Below, in pieces: positions 17,989 through 28,200 of a DNA stretch of 40,000 bases. Source of the stretch: an uncultured Candidatus Nitrosopumilus sp. (GTDB lineage: Archaea > Thermoproteota > Nitrososphaeria > Nitrososphaerales > Nitrosopumilaceae); the NCBI GenBank assembly GCA_951812645.1, contig CATOSM010000001.1, forward strand, positions 63,560-103,559. Reading direction: 5' to 3'. A model generated the notes under the pieces. That model was not told where the DNA came from, made no database searches, and was given only the letters and a program-made list of their open reading frames with translations. Each line of letters opens with the position of its first letter. Position 1 is the first letter of the stretch. The position numbers and the translations under genes were made by a program.

Positions 17989-18351
17989 TCATTCCAACAA
18001 CGTCTCATCTTCCATTTTCCATGCTGTTTCCACTATGCATAAAAACCTCAAATCTTGATTTCCTGAATTTTCAATAAACTGTTTGGCATTGGGTGGAACG
18101 TACGCTGCATCGTTATTTTCTACCGGATATGTTCCATCATCAATGTGGATTATCCCTGTACCTTCTAAAATATAGTAAATTTCGGATGACTTTATTTTGT
18201 GTAATCTTGATTTTTTTCCTGGTTCCAATGTGAATTGTGCCAGACTATAGCTTATTCGAATTGGCGTATCGTGTGGATGAAAGTACTGTTTGACTTTTGT
18301 TCCTTCGTTACCTTGAATCGACTCTACCTCTGAATCCTTGCGTATTGACAT
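17989..18351 (-). CDS. cupin-domain protein
   Basis: 120 aa. H.....SEIYYILEG.G and G..AYVPPN follow a cupin beta-barrel motif pattern. Confidence 0.65.
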   Translation of the reverse strand: MSIRKDSEVESIQGNEGTKVKQYFHPHDTPIRISYSLAQFTLEPGKKSRLHKIKSSEIYYILEGTGIIHIDDGTYPVENNDAAYVPPNAKQFIENSGNQDLRFLCIVETAWKMEDETLLE

Positions 18352-18353
18352 TA

Positions 18354-18809
18354 TTAGATGATTTTTGTAACTTGGGTTTTAAAATCTGATTCATACCATT
18401 CTGTTTTGTATGCTGCGTTCTTTTTCGGCAAAATGTTAATGGCAATATGTGAAAACTCTTTTTTCTTGTTAATTGAGCCATGTGTGTGGAGTGTTTTTGC
18501 CGGAATGTGAACAACGTCTCCCTCGTTGAGGCCGATCTTTTCAATTTTTTTTATTTTAAAATTGGTTTTTTTGGTTCCATGTTTTCTAAATATCTCCAAA
18601 CTCCCTTTTCCCCTTACCCCAATTAACACCTGATTTCCATTATGCCGATGGAGTCTGGTTCTTGAACCCTTTTCAAAATGAACGTGGTAGATATCTTGAT
18701 CTTTTGATTTGATTTTCTCTGATAACACTTTCATCCATGTTTTGTCTGTAAACCAATCTGGATTCACTTTTCTTTTATCACCTGTACCTGAAATGTTTGT
18801 CTTTTTCAA
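18354..18809 (-). CDS. cupin-domain protein
   Basis: 151 aa. SRTRLHRH.GNQVLIGVRGKG and GDVVHIPAKTLHTHG match cupin motifs 1 and 2. It sits in tandem with 17989..18351. Confidence 0.65.
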   Translation of the reverse strand: MKKTNISGTGDKRKVNPDWFTDKTWMKVLSEKIKSKDQDIYHVHFEKGSRTRLHRHNGNQVLIGVRGKGSLEIFRKHGTKKTNFKIKKIEKIGLNEGDVVHIPAKTLHTHGSINKKKEFSHIAINILPKKNAAYKTEWYESDFKTQVTKII

Positions 18810-18810
18810 A

Positions 18811-19173
18811 TTATACCCTCCCTAGTATCTTCTTTTTCTTTTCTTGAAATTCTTTTTCCGTAATTATTTCTGCCTTTCTTAATTTTCCCAATCTTTTCAA
18901 TATTTCTAAATCATCTTGTGTATTTGATGTAGCTTTCTTTGCAGTATCTAGCCCTTTGTTAATCTTTTCAATTCCTTTTCTCTGCAATGCCTCTTTTTCT
19001 TTTTTTGCTTGTTTGCGTAACTCCTTACTTGTTTTGGCTGCCTGTTTTGCAGTCATTGATCCGAACTCTGCTGCTTTTTCTAGAGATTCATCTGCCTTTC
19101 TTACCCCTTCCTGAATGGCTCTGTCTGCTTTTTTGAGAAATTTACCGATATAGCCTCCTTTCTTAGTTGCCAT
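18811..19173 (-). CDS. Lys/Glu-rich helical protein with a C-terminal SHOCT-like motif
   Basis: The start is moved to MATKKGG (19173). The C-terminus LKRLGKLRKAEIITEKEFQEKKKKIL resembles the SHOCT short C-terminal domain. Confidence 0.5.
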   Translation of the reverse strand: MATKKGGYIGKFLKKADRAIQEGVRKADESLEKAAEFGSMTAKQAAKTSKELRKQAKKEKEALQRKGIEKINKGLDTAKKATSNTQDDLEILKRLGKLRKAEIITEKEFQEKKKKILGRV

Positions 19174-19255
19174 GGTTGTTGTATGACTTTCAAACGTATT
19201 ATTTCTTTCTTGCCTGAATTGATTTAATAGATGGAATTGCATAATTTGTATAGTT

Positions 19256-19960
19256 TTGGCAAAGACTGATGATGTAAAGACTGTTGTCTTAAGGAAGAAT
19301 GTTGATGAAAAAGAAGCGATGGATATAGTTAATCAAAAGAAAACCAATCCTTTCAAGTCACTGCTTTCTAGACCAAAAAAAGAAGACGTTCATGTTCATT
19401 CATTGAGATTATACTATGAGTGTATTTTGATGGTTTCAGGAAAATACATTGCCGATTATTTTAGAAAAGCAAACCATTCAATTTCCGTGGATTCCAACGT
19501 CCATGAGGTTGCTTTAGGCAGTGGTGTTTTTCCAATCCGTTCGAAATCTGGTATTACCAAAGCCTTTGCTGGAAAGCGTGGTAAAAATAGGATTGATTTA
19601 AAATTAGAGGAACATGTATTTGTTGAGGAAGAAGACGAATTAACTTTTGATCATCATGGGCGTGATATCAAATTCCATTTCAAAATAAACTCAAAAACTA
19701 TGGAAAATTATCCCAAACGTTTACTGGAACAAAACCCTTCAAATGTAAAAAAGCCTGAAATCACTCATGATGCGGCAATCAAAAAACTACAATTGGAACT
19801 GAAAAAACCAATGGAGGCCGACGTCAGAAATCTCAACGAAGAATTCGTATTGCGCGAAATATCTGAAATTTACATTCCTGTTTTTGAAGCTCGGCTAATT
19901 GGCCCAAAGAAAAAAGTAGGGATAATTAGAATTGATGCAATACGAAAGAAAATACTGTGA
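19256..19960 (+). CDS. hypothetical protein
   Basis: 234-aa ORF with a TTG start. No recognisable motif. Confidence 0.5.
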   Translation: MAKTDDVKTVVLRKNVDEKEAMDIVNQKKTNPFKSLLSRPKKEDVHVHSLRLYYECILMVSGKYIADYFRKANHSISVDSNVHEVALGSGVFPIRSKSGITKAFAGKRGKNRIDLKLEEHVFVEEEDELTFDHHGRDIKFHFKINSKTMENYPKRLLEQNPSNVKKPEITHDAAIKKLQLELKKPMEADVRNLNEEFVLREISEIYIPVFEARLIGPKKKVGIIRIDAIRKKIL

Positions 19961-20051
19961 TTTTTTAAGCGTCTTAGTCTATTTGGACAAAAGATTATCA
20001 GTAATCAATATTTGAATAATTTATCAACAAGGTACACTGAAATCCAATACG

Positions 20052-20391
20052 ATGATCAATGCGGGGCACAAAAATTCCATCATGATGCACTTGGATGGCA
20101 AATCTCAAAATTTCCTGACATGGATTTATCATATGGTCACAGCCACTCCTGGCGATGAGAAAATGAAACCTACTGAGCCGGGTTCAATCGGCGGCGGTTT
20201 GTTGCCAAAAGATCCTTCACTGGACCACATCCAATCATTGTAATTGACGTTCCTTCAGCTGAAGAACATCCCAAAAAAGCAGAGTCTGCTTGTGGAAAAA
20301 CCGTAATGCCTGCAATCAAAGTCGGTGAATTTGGGCCTGTGCTCGGGTCTTAGACCCTGAAGGTGGCGTAATTGGTATTTGGCCCCTGTAA
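20052..20391 (+). pseudogene. decayed VOC/glyoxalase-family gene (at least 3 frame changes)
   Basis: VOC-like blocks are spread over three frames: KFHHDALGWQI..DMDLSYG, PGSIGGGLLPKDPS, HPIIVIDVPSAEEHPKKAESACGKTVMPAIKVGEFGPVLG and DPEGGVIGIWPL-stop. Confidence 0.45.
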
Positions 20392-20534
20392 ACTGCTAAT
20401 GCCTTATTTTATTTCAAATAATGTTACCAATCAGTTACCACTAGGAAAATTAAAAATTCTTTTTACTCTTAATTTATCACTATGTTGGCATTAGTAGAGA
20501 TGTTTATATTCAATCAAATTCAGGTTTTTCTTAC

Positions 20535-21224
20535 TTGATGAAACTATCTAAAACAAAAATTACCTTGCCTGTCTTATTTGCAATTGGAATATTTTCAATT
20601 GCTTTGGTTTCGTATTCTCCTGTTGATGTGAGTGCAGAATATCAGGAATCCACCATGCCTCAAATTTCTGGAACAATCACTGTGGATTCTATTGATGATT
20701 ATCCTGCAGATTCAACCATTGCATTGTCTGTTGCCATGGCAGTAGCTGAAAATTCTGTAGAAAATGGAAAAGCAATGTGGGGCAAGCTTGATGTTGTCCA
20801 AGGATTTCTAGTATACAAAATTGGCATTCTGGCAAACGATGATGTTTACCATAAATCTATAATTGATGCCGGAAACGGTCAGGCACTTTACGTTTCTGAT
20901 GGTGTGTCAAAAGATAACTGGAAGCATTCTGATGATAAATCCCACAAAAAATGGAAAGATCACCATTCTGATTTAACTCCTGAACAAAGAGAGATAAAAA
21001 AACAGCAATGGGGCGAGGTAAGGGATGCTTTCTTTGCACTATCTCTTGATGAAAGAGCAAAAATGATTATGCATTTTATGACTATGAAGGTACAATTCGA
21101 ATCATTAACTGCTGAAGAAAAAGATGCCAAAAAGCAAGAAATGAAATCAATGATGGAAGAATTATTGCCATTATCCGTTGAAGAAAAAACCCAAAAATTG
21201 CGTGAATTTGTAAACTCTCTTTAA
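20535..21224 (+). CDS. secreted or membrane-anchored protein with a PepSY-like domain
   Basis: Signal-anchor ITLPVLFAIGIFSIALVSY. The segment AVAENSVENGKAMWGKLDVVQGFLVYKIGIL....IIDAGNGQALYVSDG is PepSY-like, followed by a Lys/Glu-rich helical tail. Confidence 0.45.
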   Translation: MMKLSKTKITLPVLFAIGIFSIALVSYSPVDVSAEYQESTMPQISGTITVDSIDDYPADSTIALSVAMAVAENSVENGKAMWGKLDVVQGFLVYKIGILANDDVYHKSIIDAGNGQALYVSDGVSKDNWKHSDDKSHKKWKDHHSDLTPEQREIKKQQWGEVRDAFFALSLDERAKMIMHFMTMKVQFESLTAEEKDAKKQEMKSMMEELLPLSVEEKTQKLREFVNSL

Positions 21225-21244
21225 TCGTAAATCTGCATTTTAAT

Positions 21245-22066
21245 TTACATCCTGACCAATCTTCTGAATTCATTATTGTCAAGTAGTTTTGCAAAAATGG
21301 GTTCCTCCCGTGCCCATGCTCGAATGACTTTGGGGTTTTTTGAAATCGCCTGTTTTAGTAGTTCTATTGATTCAGGATACATTTCTAACGCTGCCTTACT
21401 TCGTGCTTTTGCATAAATGACATTTACATTGCCTTCGAATTTCTTTAGGATATCATCAAACACATCTATTGCTTTTTTGTGCTGTTTTAACTCTGCCAAT
21501 TGTACCCCTTTTTGGAAGAATGCATCTTGGTTGTTCGGATATTTTTTACAAACACTCTGAAAACAATTCAACGCCTCTTCATGCCTTTTCATTTTTCCCA
21601 ACACAATTCCTTTGTATATCATAACATTTGGTTTTCTTGGATCAATTGTAATTGCTTTGTCTAAGACTCTCAACGCCTCTTCCTGTTCGTGCAACCTATC
21701 CAATAGGACCCCTTTGTTGAATAACGCTGATGCATTTTTTGAATCCGCCTCAATCGCTTTATCGTAACATTCTGCAGCATCCTGCATATTGCCGTTCTCA
21801 GCCATTGCAATTCCTCTGTTATTCCATGCTTGGGAATCTTTAGGATCGATCTCTAGTATTTTATCAAAACATGTTATTGCATCGCTGTATTTCCTTATCT
21901 GGTTTAGTGCAAGTCCTTTGTTGAATAATGCTGGTATGTTTTCTGGCTCTTGTTTTAGAATTTTACCAAATAACGCTATTGCTCCTTTTGGCTGATTTTT
22001 TTCCATAAATGACATTGCATCATATTGCAAATCCTCCACATTTTTCTTTGAACCAAACAATCCCAT
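21245..22066 (-). CDS. tetratricopeptide-repeat (TPR) protein
   Basis: About 7 consecutive 34-aa repeats with the A..F.KAL..DP.N..A...G pattern. Confidence 0.9.
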   Translation of the reverse strand: MGLFGSKKNVEDLQYDAMSFMEKNQPKGAIALFGKILKQEPENIPALFNKGLALNQIRKYSDAITCFDKILEIDPKDSQAWNNRGIAMAENGNMQDAAECYDKAIEADSKNASALFNKGVLLDRLHEQEEALRVLDKAITIDPRKPNVMIYKGIVLGKMKRHEEALNCFQSVCKKYPNNQDAFFQKGVQLAELKQHKKAIDVFDDILKKFEGNVNVIYAKARSKAALEMYPESIELLKQAISKNPKVIRAWAREEPIFAKLLDNNEFRRLVRM

Positions 22067-22103
22067 AATTTCTCAAAAATGATATTGCTAATGAAAGTTT
22101 GGC

Positions 22104-22286
22104 TTAACCCCATGATTTGAATTTTTTTATTGCTTCTTTGGCCATGTCTTCCCGGTCTTTTGCAGTTGTGTCTGTCGGATCTTCTGTAGCATATGCTTCT
22201 TTTTCGTCTTTCTTCTTCTCCATAACCATATGAAAGCATGATTTTATAAAAGTCTGATTTTGGTGACTGTAAACCCATGCCTCCAA
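22104..22286 (-). CDS. small acidic/basic hypothetical protein (weak call)
   Basis: 60-aa ORF. A likelier start is MVMEKKKDEK at 22229. No motif. Confidence 0.25.
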   Translation of the reverse strand: MEAWVYSHQNQTFIKSCFHMVMEKKKDEKEAYATEDPTDTTAKDREDMAKEAIKKFKSWG

Positions 22287-22360
22287 ACCATACCTGCCTA
22301 ATTATTGGGAAAGAGAGTCAATCTTATCTAATTATCAAAAATAGTTTTGGACAAATCAAC

Positions 22361-22690
22361 ATGATTGGAATTACTGCGCAAACGATTCAGCATCAGCATC
22401 AGGATTGGTTGGCAAAACTGCAATTATGAGAAATACTGTTTGACGAACAGGGATGGAATTTGAGATGTGGTAAACGCAAGACAAATTACAAACCGTTCTC
22501 AAACACACAATTTGAGAAAACCAACATTGATCATTTAAAATGGTCGGTTATAATCAAACTCTTTGATCTTGGGATTGGTGCAAGGCATACAGAAAGAGAA
22601 ATTGATGTTGGCTATCCTGCCGCACTGCATTCTTGTGATGTGATGGAATTCTCGACATTAGAAGAGCACTCCAAAACATATGAATGCTCT
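22361..22690 (+). pseudogene. IS1595/ISXO2-like transposase N-terminal fragment
   Basis: ..LRCGKRKTNYKPFSNTQFEKTNIDHLKWSVIIKLFDLGIGARHTEREIDVGYPAA.. fits the Zn-ribbon plus HTH N-terminus of IS1595-type transposases. It has an upstream stop or frameshift and no catalytic domain. Confidence 0.35.
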
Positions 22691-23030
22691 AAAGGACCCG
22701 ATTGGGTTGAGGGTGGTCGTATTTTGGAGGGAATCTTTCTCCAAATTCCCTTTTGCCACAGTCCTGAGAATCTAAGACGCTACGTAGGTTTGGAACCTTG
22801 CTTGTCTGACATGCCTGCCCATCTGTATCTCGTACCAACACAGACAGGATTACGTTGGTTGTACTTCTGTCATCATATCCTAGACGCCTTGTTCTGGCAG
22901 TTGTGGCTCGATTGCGTTCCATTGTATGCCTGGCATTTTATGAATCACGAAGAATGTATCTGTGCCGTCATTGTCAGATCCAGCTTATCACAAATAACTT
23001 ACAAAATGATCGGTTTTAGGATGAGATGAA
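22690..23030 (-). mobile_element. IS5-family copy 3, truncated (about the first 340 bp only)
   Basis: 23004-23030 is the exact reverse complement (27/27) of copy 1 bases 13100-13126 (CTCATCCTAAAACCGATCATTTTGTAA). The minus-strand frame gives a degenerate ..ATTARTRRLGYDDRSTTNVILSVLV.. versus GRPRCNDRNTINGILFVLT in copy 1. Homology is lost near 22690. Confidence 0.7.
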
Positions 23031-23052
23031 TGTCTACGAAATCCACAGTATG

Positions 23053-23068
23053 AAAGTTTTTATTTATC
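23053..23068 (+). promoter_or_regulatory. candidate BRE/TATA promoter of cas4-cas1
   Basis: AAAGTTTTTATTTATC is centred about 28 nt upstream of ATG 23091, so the mRNA would be leaderless. The same AAAGTTTAT-C motif sits at the same distance upstream of cas3. Confidence 0.35.
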
Positions 23069-23078
23069 ATTTTTTAAG

Positions 23079-24758
23079 GTGGGAGACATAATGAGTTTGA
23101 GCAGGGAACCTGATCTTATACCAGTCAGAATGTTTACGCAGTTTGCATATTGCAAGCGTCTGTCATACATGGAGTGGGTGCAAGGGGAGTTTGCACACAA
23201 TGCGGAGGTGGTAGAGGGCAAGTACCTTCACAGGAACGTAGACATCACATCTGGAAACAAAAAACTGGCAGATGGAGGCGAGCATGAATCCATACATGCA
23301 AGGTCTGTAATGGTATCAGATGCATCTCTGGGCTTGGTGGCAAAGGCAGACCTGCTTGAGATACGCGGAAACCATGTAACGCCTGTAGAGTACAAGAGAG
23401 GCAAGGCCCCGGACATACCTGATGGTGCATATGAGGATCACATTATACAGCTATGCTCCCAAGCCATGCTCCTGCGTGCAAACGGATACCAATGCGATAC
23501 CGGAATCATATACTACATATCATCAAGGCAACGCATAGAGATCACAATAGATGAAAATCTAATCGCAAAGACTTCCAAACTGCTCATACAGATGAAAGAC
23601 ATGATGAGACAAGGTGTGATTCCTCCTCCTTTGGTAGACAGTCCCAAGTGTCCACGCTGTTCGCTTGTAGGCATTTGCATGCCGGATGAGACAAATCTAC
23701 TTTCAGACAGAAATTCAAACGTACGAAAAGATCAAGTGCGAAGAATGTATCCGATAAGAAGCGATGCAATTCCAGTCTACGTTCAGGAACAGGGAACAAG
23801 GATCACATTATCTGGAGAGTGCATTAACATAAAAACAAAGGAAGGGCAAACAAAAGCGATCAGGATCATGGATATTTCGGAGATCACAGTATTTGGAAAT
23901 GTACAGATCACCACAAATGTAATACGCAAAATGTGCGAACATGGAATTCCAATATGCTATATGAGCTATGGCGGATGGTTTGAGGGAATCACCTCTGGTG
24001 CATCAAGTAAGAACATAGATTTGAGGATTCAGCAATACAAGGCACACTTGGAAAAATCTTCATCCATGAACATAGCGCGCCGTATTGTCTGGGGAAAGAT
24101 AAAAAACAGCATGACAATGCTGAGAAGAAATCACAAGGATGCGCCGGTATCTGCAATGGGGGAGATGGACAGGATTGCGGCAAAGGTAGGCAGTGTAAGG
24201 GGGTATGATGCACTGCTAGGGTTAGAGGGTATGGCGGCACGGATATACTTTTCGGAATTTTCCGGCATGATAAAAAACAATCCTGAAAAATTCGACTTTA
24301 CACAGAGAAACAGAAGGCCGCCAAAGGATCCGATAAATGCAATAATTTCGTTTCTATACTCCATGCTTACTAGGCAGGCAGTGACGATTGCAACCGCTGT
24401 GGGATTTGATCCGTATCTTGGATTTTTACACATGCCAAAATACGGCAAGCCTGCGCTTGCACTTGACATGATAGAGGAATTTCGATCAATCATTGCAGAT
24501 TCTACATGCATCACACTGATTAACAATGGCCAGATAACAAAAAACGATGTCATTGTCACCGACTTTGGCACTAGTCTGACCGGGACAGGGAGGCGCAAGG
24601 TAATTGAAGCGTATGAAAGGAGGATGGATTCTACAGTCACTCACCGCATTTTGGGCTATTCTGCAAGCTATAGGAGGATAATGGAGACCCAGATGAGGCT
24701 GCTTTCAAGGCATCTTCTGCATGAGATACCAGAATATCCGCCGTTTAGGACAAGATGA
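23079..24758 (+). CDS. cas4-cas1: Cas4-Cas1 fusion protein
   Basis: The N-terminal Cas4 domain has the first Cys (FAYCKRL), the PD-(D/E)xK motif (ADLLEI...VEYKRGK), QLCSQAMLL and CPRCSLVGIC (C-x2-C-x5-C). The C-terminal Cas1 part has LLGLEGMAARIYF, NAIISFLYSML and GFLHMPKYGKPALALDMIEEFR. The alternative start ATG 23091 fits the promoter better. Confidence 0.9.
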   Translation: MGDIMSLSREPDLIPVRMFTQFAYCKRLSYMEWVQGEFAHNAEVVEGKYLHRNVDITSGNKKLADGGEHESIHARSVMVSDASLGLVAKADLLEIRGNHVTPVEYKRGKAPDIPDGAYEDHIIQLCSQAMLLRANGYQCDTGIIYYISSRQRIEITIDENLIAKTSKLLIQMKDMMRQGVIPPPLVDSPKCPRCSLVGICMPDETNLLSDRNSNVRKDQVRRMYPIRSDAIPVYVQEQGTRITLSGECINIKTKEGQTKAIRIMDISEITVFGNVQITTNVIRKMCEHGIPICYMSYGGWFEGITSGASSKNIDLRIQQYKAHLEKSSSMNIARRIVWGKIKNSMTMLRRNHKDAPVSAMGEMDRIAAKVGSVRGYDALLGLEGMAARIYFSEFSGMIKNNPEKFDFTQRNRRPPKDPINAIISFLYSMLTRQAVTIATAVGFDPYLGFLHMPKYGKPALALDMIEEFRSIIADSTCITLINNGQITKNDVIVTDFGTSLTGTGRRKVIEAYERRMDSTVTHRILGYSASYRRIMETQMRLLSRHLLHEIPEYPPFRTR

Positions 24759-24765
24759 TGCCGTG

Positions 24766-25056
24766 AGAAATCAGTACATGGTGTGTTATGATATAACAGA
24801 CTCAAAGCGATTGCACCAAACGTACAAGACAATGAGGGGCTATGGTGAGCGTGTACAATATTCTGTGTTTTCATGCCGCCTAAGCTTAAAAGAACTAATA
24901 TACATGAAAGAAGATCTTGGCAACATACTTAATCATGAGGAAGACAGAGTCATGATAATTGATATGGGTCCTGTAGGAGCAAACACAGACAAGAAGACAA
25001 CCACCATAGGCATACCCATGGAATCAAAAACGGAGGAACCATCAGTTGTGATATGA
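24766..25056 (+). CDS. cas2: Cas2
   Basis: ..YMVCYDITDSKRLHQTYKTMRGYGERVQYSVFSCRLS...DRVMIIDMG is a typical Cas2 ferredoxin-fold signature. The start is GTG 24766 or ATG 24778. The ATG 24721 used by the ORF track overlaps cas1. Confidence 0.85.
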   Translation, partial: RNQYMVCYDITDSKRLHQTYKTMRGYGERVQYSVFSCRLSLKELIYMKEDLGNILNHEEDRVMIIDMGPVGANTDKKTTTIGIPMESKTEEPSVVI

Positions 25057-25233
25057 TCAAAGCCTGCGAGTGCGAAGGTGGAGATGTCCATACCTGAAGG
25101 CAACTGCGCATTGCATAAGTATGATATGTCCATGCAGGTCGGGACGCCCAATTCTGAACCGAAAAGGAGCACACATGATCAAAATAAAGCCTGATTCATT
25201 AGAACTGTGTACGTATATCAAAATAAAATCAGG
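25057..25233 (+). promoter_or_regulatory. CRISPR leader
   Basis: It lies between cas2 and the first repeat and becomes AT-rich towards the array. ATCAAAATAAA occurs twice (25178-25188 and 25217-25227). The inverted repeat CCTGATT (25190-25196) / AATCAGG (25227-25233) abuts repeat 1. Confidence 0.6.
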
Positions 25234-28200
25234 ATTTCCGTAACGAAAAAGTTACGGCCCCATTGAAGCGATGCCTCCTCTAACAGTGCCTTACTTCGGT
25301 CTATGTATTTCCGTAACGAAAAAGTTACGGCCCCATTGAAGCATCAAACATCATGAGCCACTCCTGAATTTCATTCGGAATCATTTCCGTAACGAAAAAG
25401 TTACGGCCCCATTGAAGCGGAAACAGATACTGTCGCAGCGATGGCGTCTCCAACCTATTTCCGTAACGAAAAAGTTACGGCCCCATTGAAGCTATCCGCA
25501 TATCTGCATGCCATCGCTATCTCAATTGATTTCCGTAACGAAAAAGTTACGGCCCCATTGAAGCACACATACGATAACCCTAAAAATAAAAGATTCGGAT
25601 ATTTCCGTAACGAAAAAGTTACGGCCCCATTGAAGCACCGGCTCGTTCCTTTCAACTATCCAACCGCTGGCATTTCCGTAACGAAAAAGTTACGGCCCCA
25701 TTGAAGCATGCCGTCACCTCCGCCGTCACGTCATATTCTATGTTGCCAATTTCCGTAACGAAAAAGTTACGGCCCCATTGAAGCAAAAAAATATCACTGC
25801 AGAACCTTTTGAAGATTCTAATCACATTTCCGTAACGAAAAAGTTACGGCCCCATTGAAGCATGTAGTAACACTGGTCGTAGTCAATCATGTCGTAATTT
25901 CCGTAACGAAAAAGTTACGGCCCCATTGAAGCGTGAGGGTAATCTGTTCATCAAACATCATCAGCCATATTTCCGTAACGAAAAAGTTACGGCCCCATTG
26001 AAGCGGTAGATGGGGTCGTAGTTATCTGCGTATTTGTCCGCATTTCCGTAACGAAAAAGTTACGGCCCCATTGAAGCGTCGGAGTCGCAAAATCCGCGGA
26101 TACCGCGGACGCATTTCCGTAACGAAAAAGTTACGGCCCCATTGAAGCGGTTCCGCGATACAGCGGGAGAGCCATTCTGGCCCGAGATTTCCGTAACGAA
26201 AAAGTTACGGCCCCATTGAAGCGACGCCCCCGTTCAGGTGGGAATCACGATTAACAGAAATTTCCGTAACGAAAAAGTTACGGCCCCATTGAAGCCTGCC
26301 TTGTTGCTCTCGTTGTTTACCCATTTGGCTGGATTTCCGTAACGAAAAAGTTACGGCCCCATTGAAGCGTCGCGGAATTGAAAAATCGCGGGGAATCCGA
26401 CTGGTCGAATTTCCGTAACGAAAAAGTTACGGCCCCATTGAAGCGATGAACAAATTACCCTCACAAAGCATGACTTTAAGAGTGATTTCCGTAACGAAAA
26501 AGTTACGGCCCCATTGAAGCTATTTTGCCAGTTCCTGTAATCGTGATTGGTCCGAATTATTTCCGTAACGAAAAAGTTACGGCCCCATTGAAGCGGCATT
26601 CCGCAACATGTCTATGGCGAAAATGACCTCATTTCCGTAACGAAAAAGTTACGGCCCCATTGAAGCTTGTATGCCTCGTCCTCTGTCATCAAGATTGCCG
26701 GGATTTCCGTAACGAAAAAGTTACGGCCCCATTGAAGCTTAGCTTCGGCCGTTGCCTGTGATGCGGTATACTGACGATTTCCGTAACGAAAAAGTTACGG
26801 CCCCATTGAAGCTGCACAACTAGAAAGTTCGAAACCTCGCTCCAGCAAATTTCCGTAACGAAAAAGTTACGGCCCCATTGAAGCGCCAGTGCTGCTGTGC
26901 TGAATGTGTAGGTGTCCTTCAAATTTCCGTAACGAAAAAGTTACGGCCCCATTGAAGCTGTACTCGCGTATCGGCATCTGTGCCCTGATATGCCTCATTT
27001 CCGTAACGAAAAAGTTACGGCCCCATTGAAGCTCGAAAATCTACATACGCGTGCAGGGGCCGAGTTCATGGATTTCCGTAACGAAAAAGTTACGGCCCCA
27101 TTGAAGCATTTGAAGCAGTACAGGTGATACGAGTCGGCACGAATTTCCGTAACGAAAAAGTTACGGCCCCATTGAAGCTTGGCAACTTGTACCTTATTTG
27201 CGTCTTGCCCCGGTACATTTCCGTAACGAAAAAGTTACGGCCCCATTGAAGCCTTCGTTTCTCAATCACTTCTGGCCTTGAGATGTAATTTCCGTAACGA
27301 AAAAGTTACGGCCCCATTGAAGCTCGTATCCGTTTTGCTTGGCAAACACGCCAACCGGGTCATTTCCGTAACGAAAAAGTTACGGCCCCATTGAAGCAAA
27401 AAACTTGTTCCGAAAGCGTCGAGCATGTACCTCTAATTTCCGTAACGAAAAAGTTACGGCCCCATTGAAGCTTCTTACTGTAATATATACGATGAGTCTT
27501 GCGTAAAATTTCCGTAACGAAAAAGTTACGGCCCCATTGAAGCATGTGAGAAAGGTGTCAGACACTCCGGGGAATCCGACCGATTTCCGTAACGAAAAAG
27601 TTACGGCCCCATTGAAGCTGCGTTGCCCGATTGTCTTGGTCGTCGAGGTCGTGACATTTCCGTAACGAAAAAGTTACGGCCCCATTGAAGCATTTTTTAT
27701 CTCGATTCTCATCGGTGTCCGTGCTGCAAATTTCCGTAACGAAAAAGTTACGGCCCCATTGAAGCGGCGTGCCCCAGCATGTCTATGGCGAAAATGACCT
27801 ATTTCCGTAACGAAAAAGTTACGGCCCCATTGAAGCTTATGGAGTAATTACAGTTACATTGAGCATTTAAGGATTTCCGTAACGAAAAAGTTACGGCCCC
27901 ATTGAAGCATCGGCATCTGTGCCCTGATATGTCGCATGTATGCCTTGTAATTTCCGTAACGAAAAAGTTACGGCCCCATTGAAGCAACGCACTGACACTG
28001 AGTATCAGCAAGGCAGCACCATCAAATTTCCGTAACGAAAAAGTTACGGCCCCATTGAAGCGTCACGTCCAGAAGAATCCAGCGTCTCGTTGAGAAGATT
28101 TCCGTAACGAAAAAGTTACGGCCCCATTGAAGCTATCTGGACCCTTCTATGTATCCTGACTGTGAGGTGATTTCCGTAACGAAAAAGTTACGGCCCCATT

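Noticed and set aside
22460-23029. A 189-aa plus-strand ORF just upstream of cas4-cas1, a tempting candidate for a novel cas-associated gene.
   Set aside because: It is a chimera. Its first ~75 codons come from an IS1595-like fragment and the rest is the antisense strand of truncated IS5-like copy 3.
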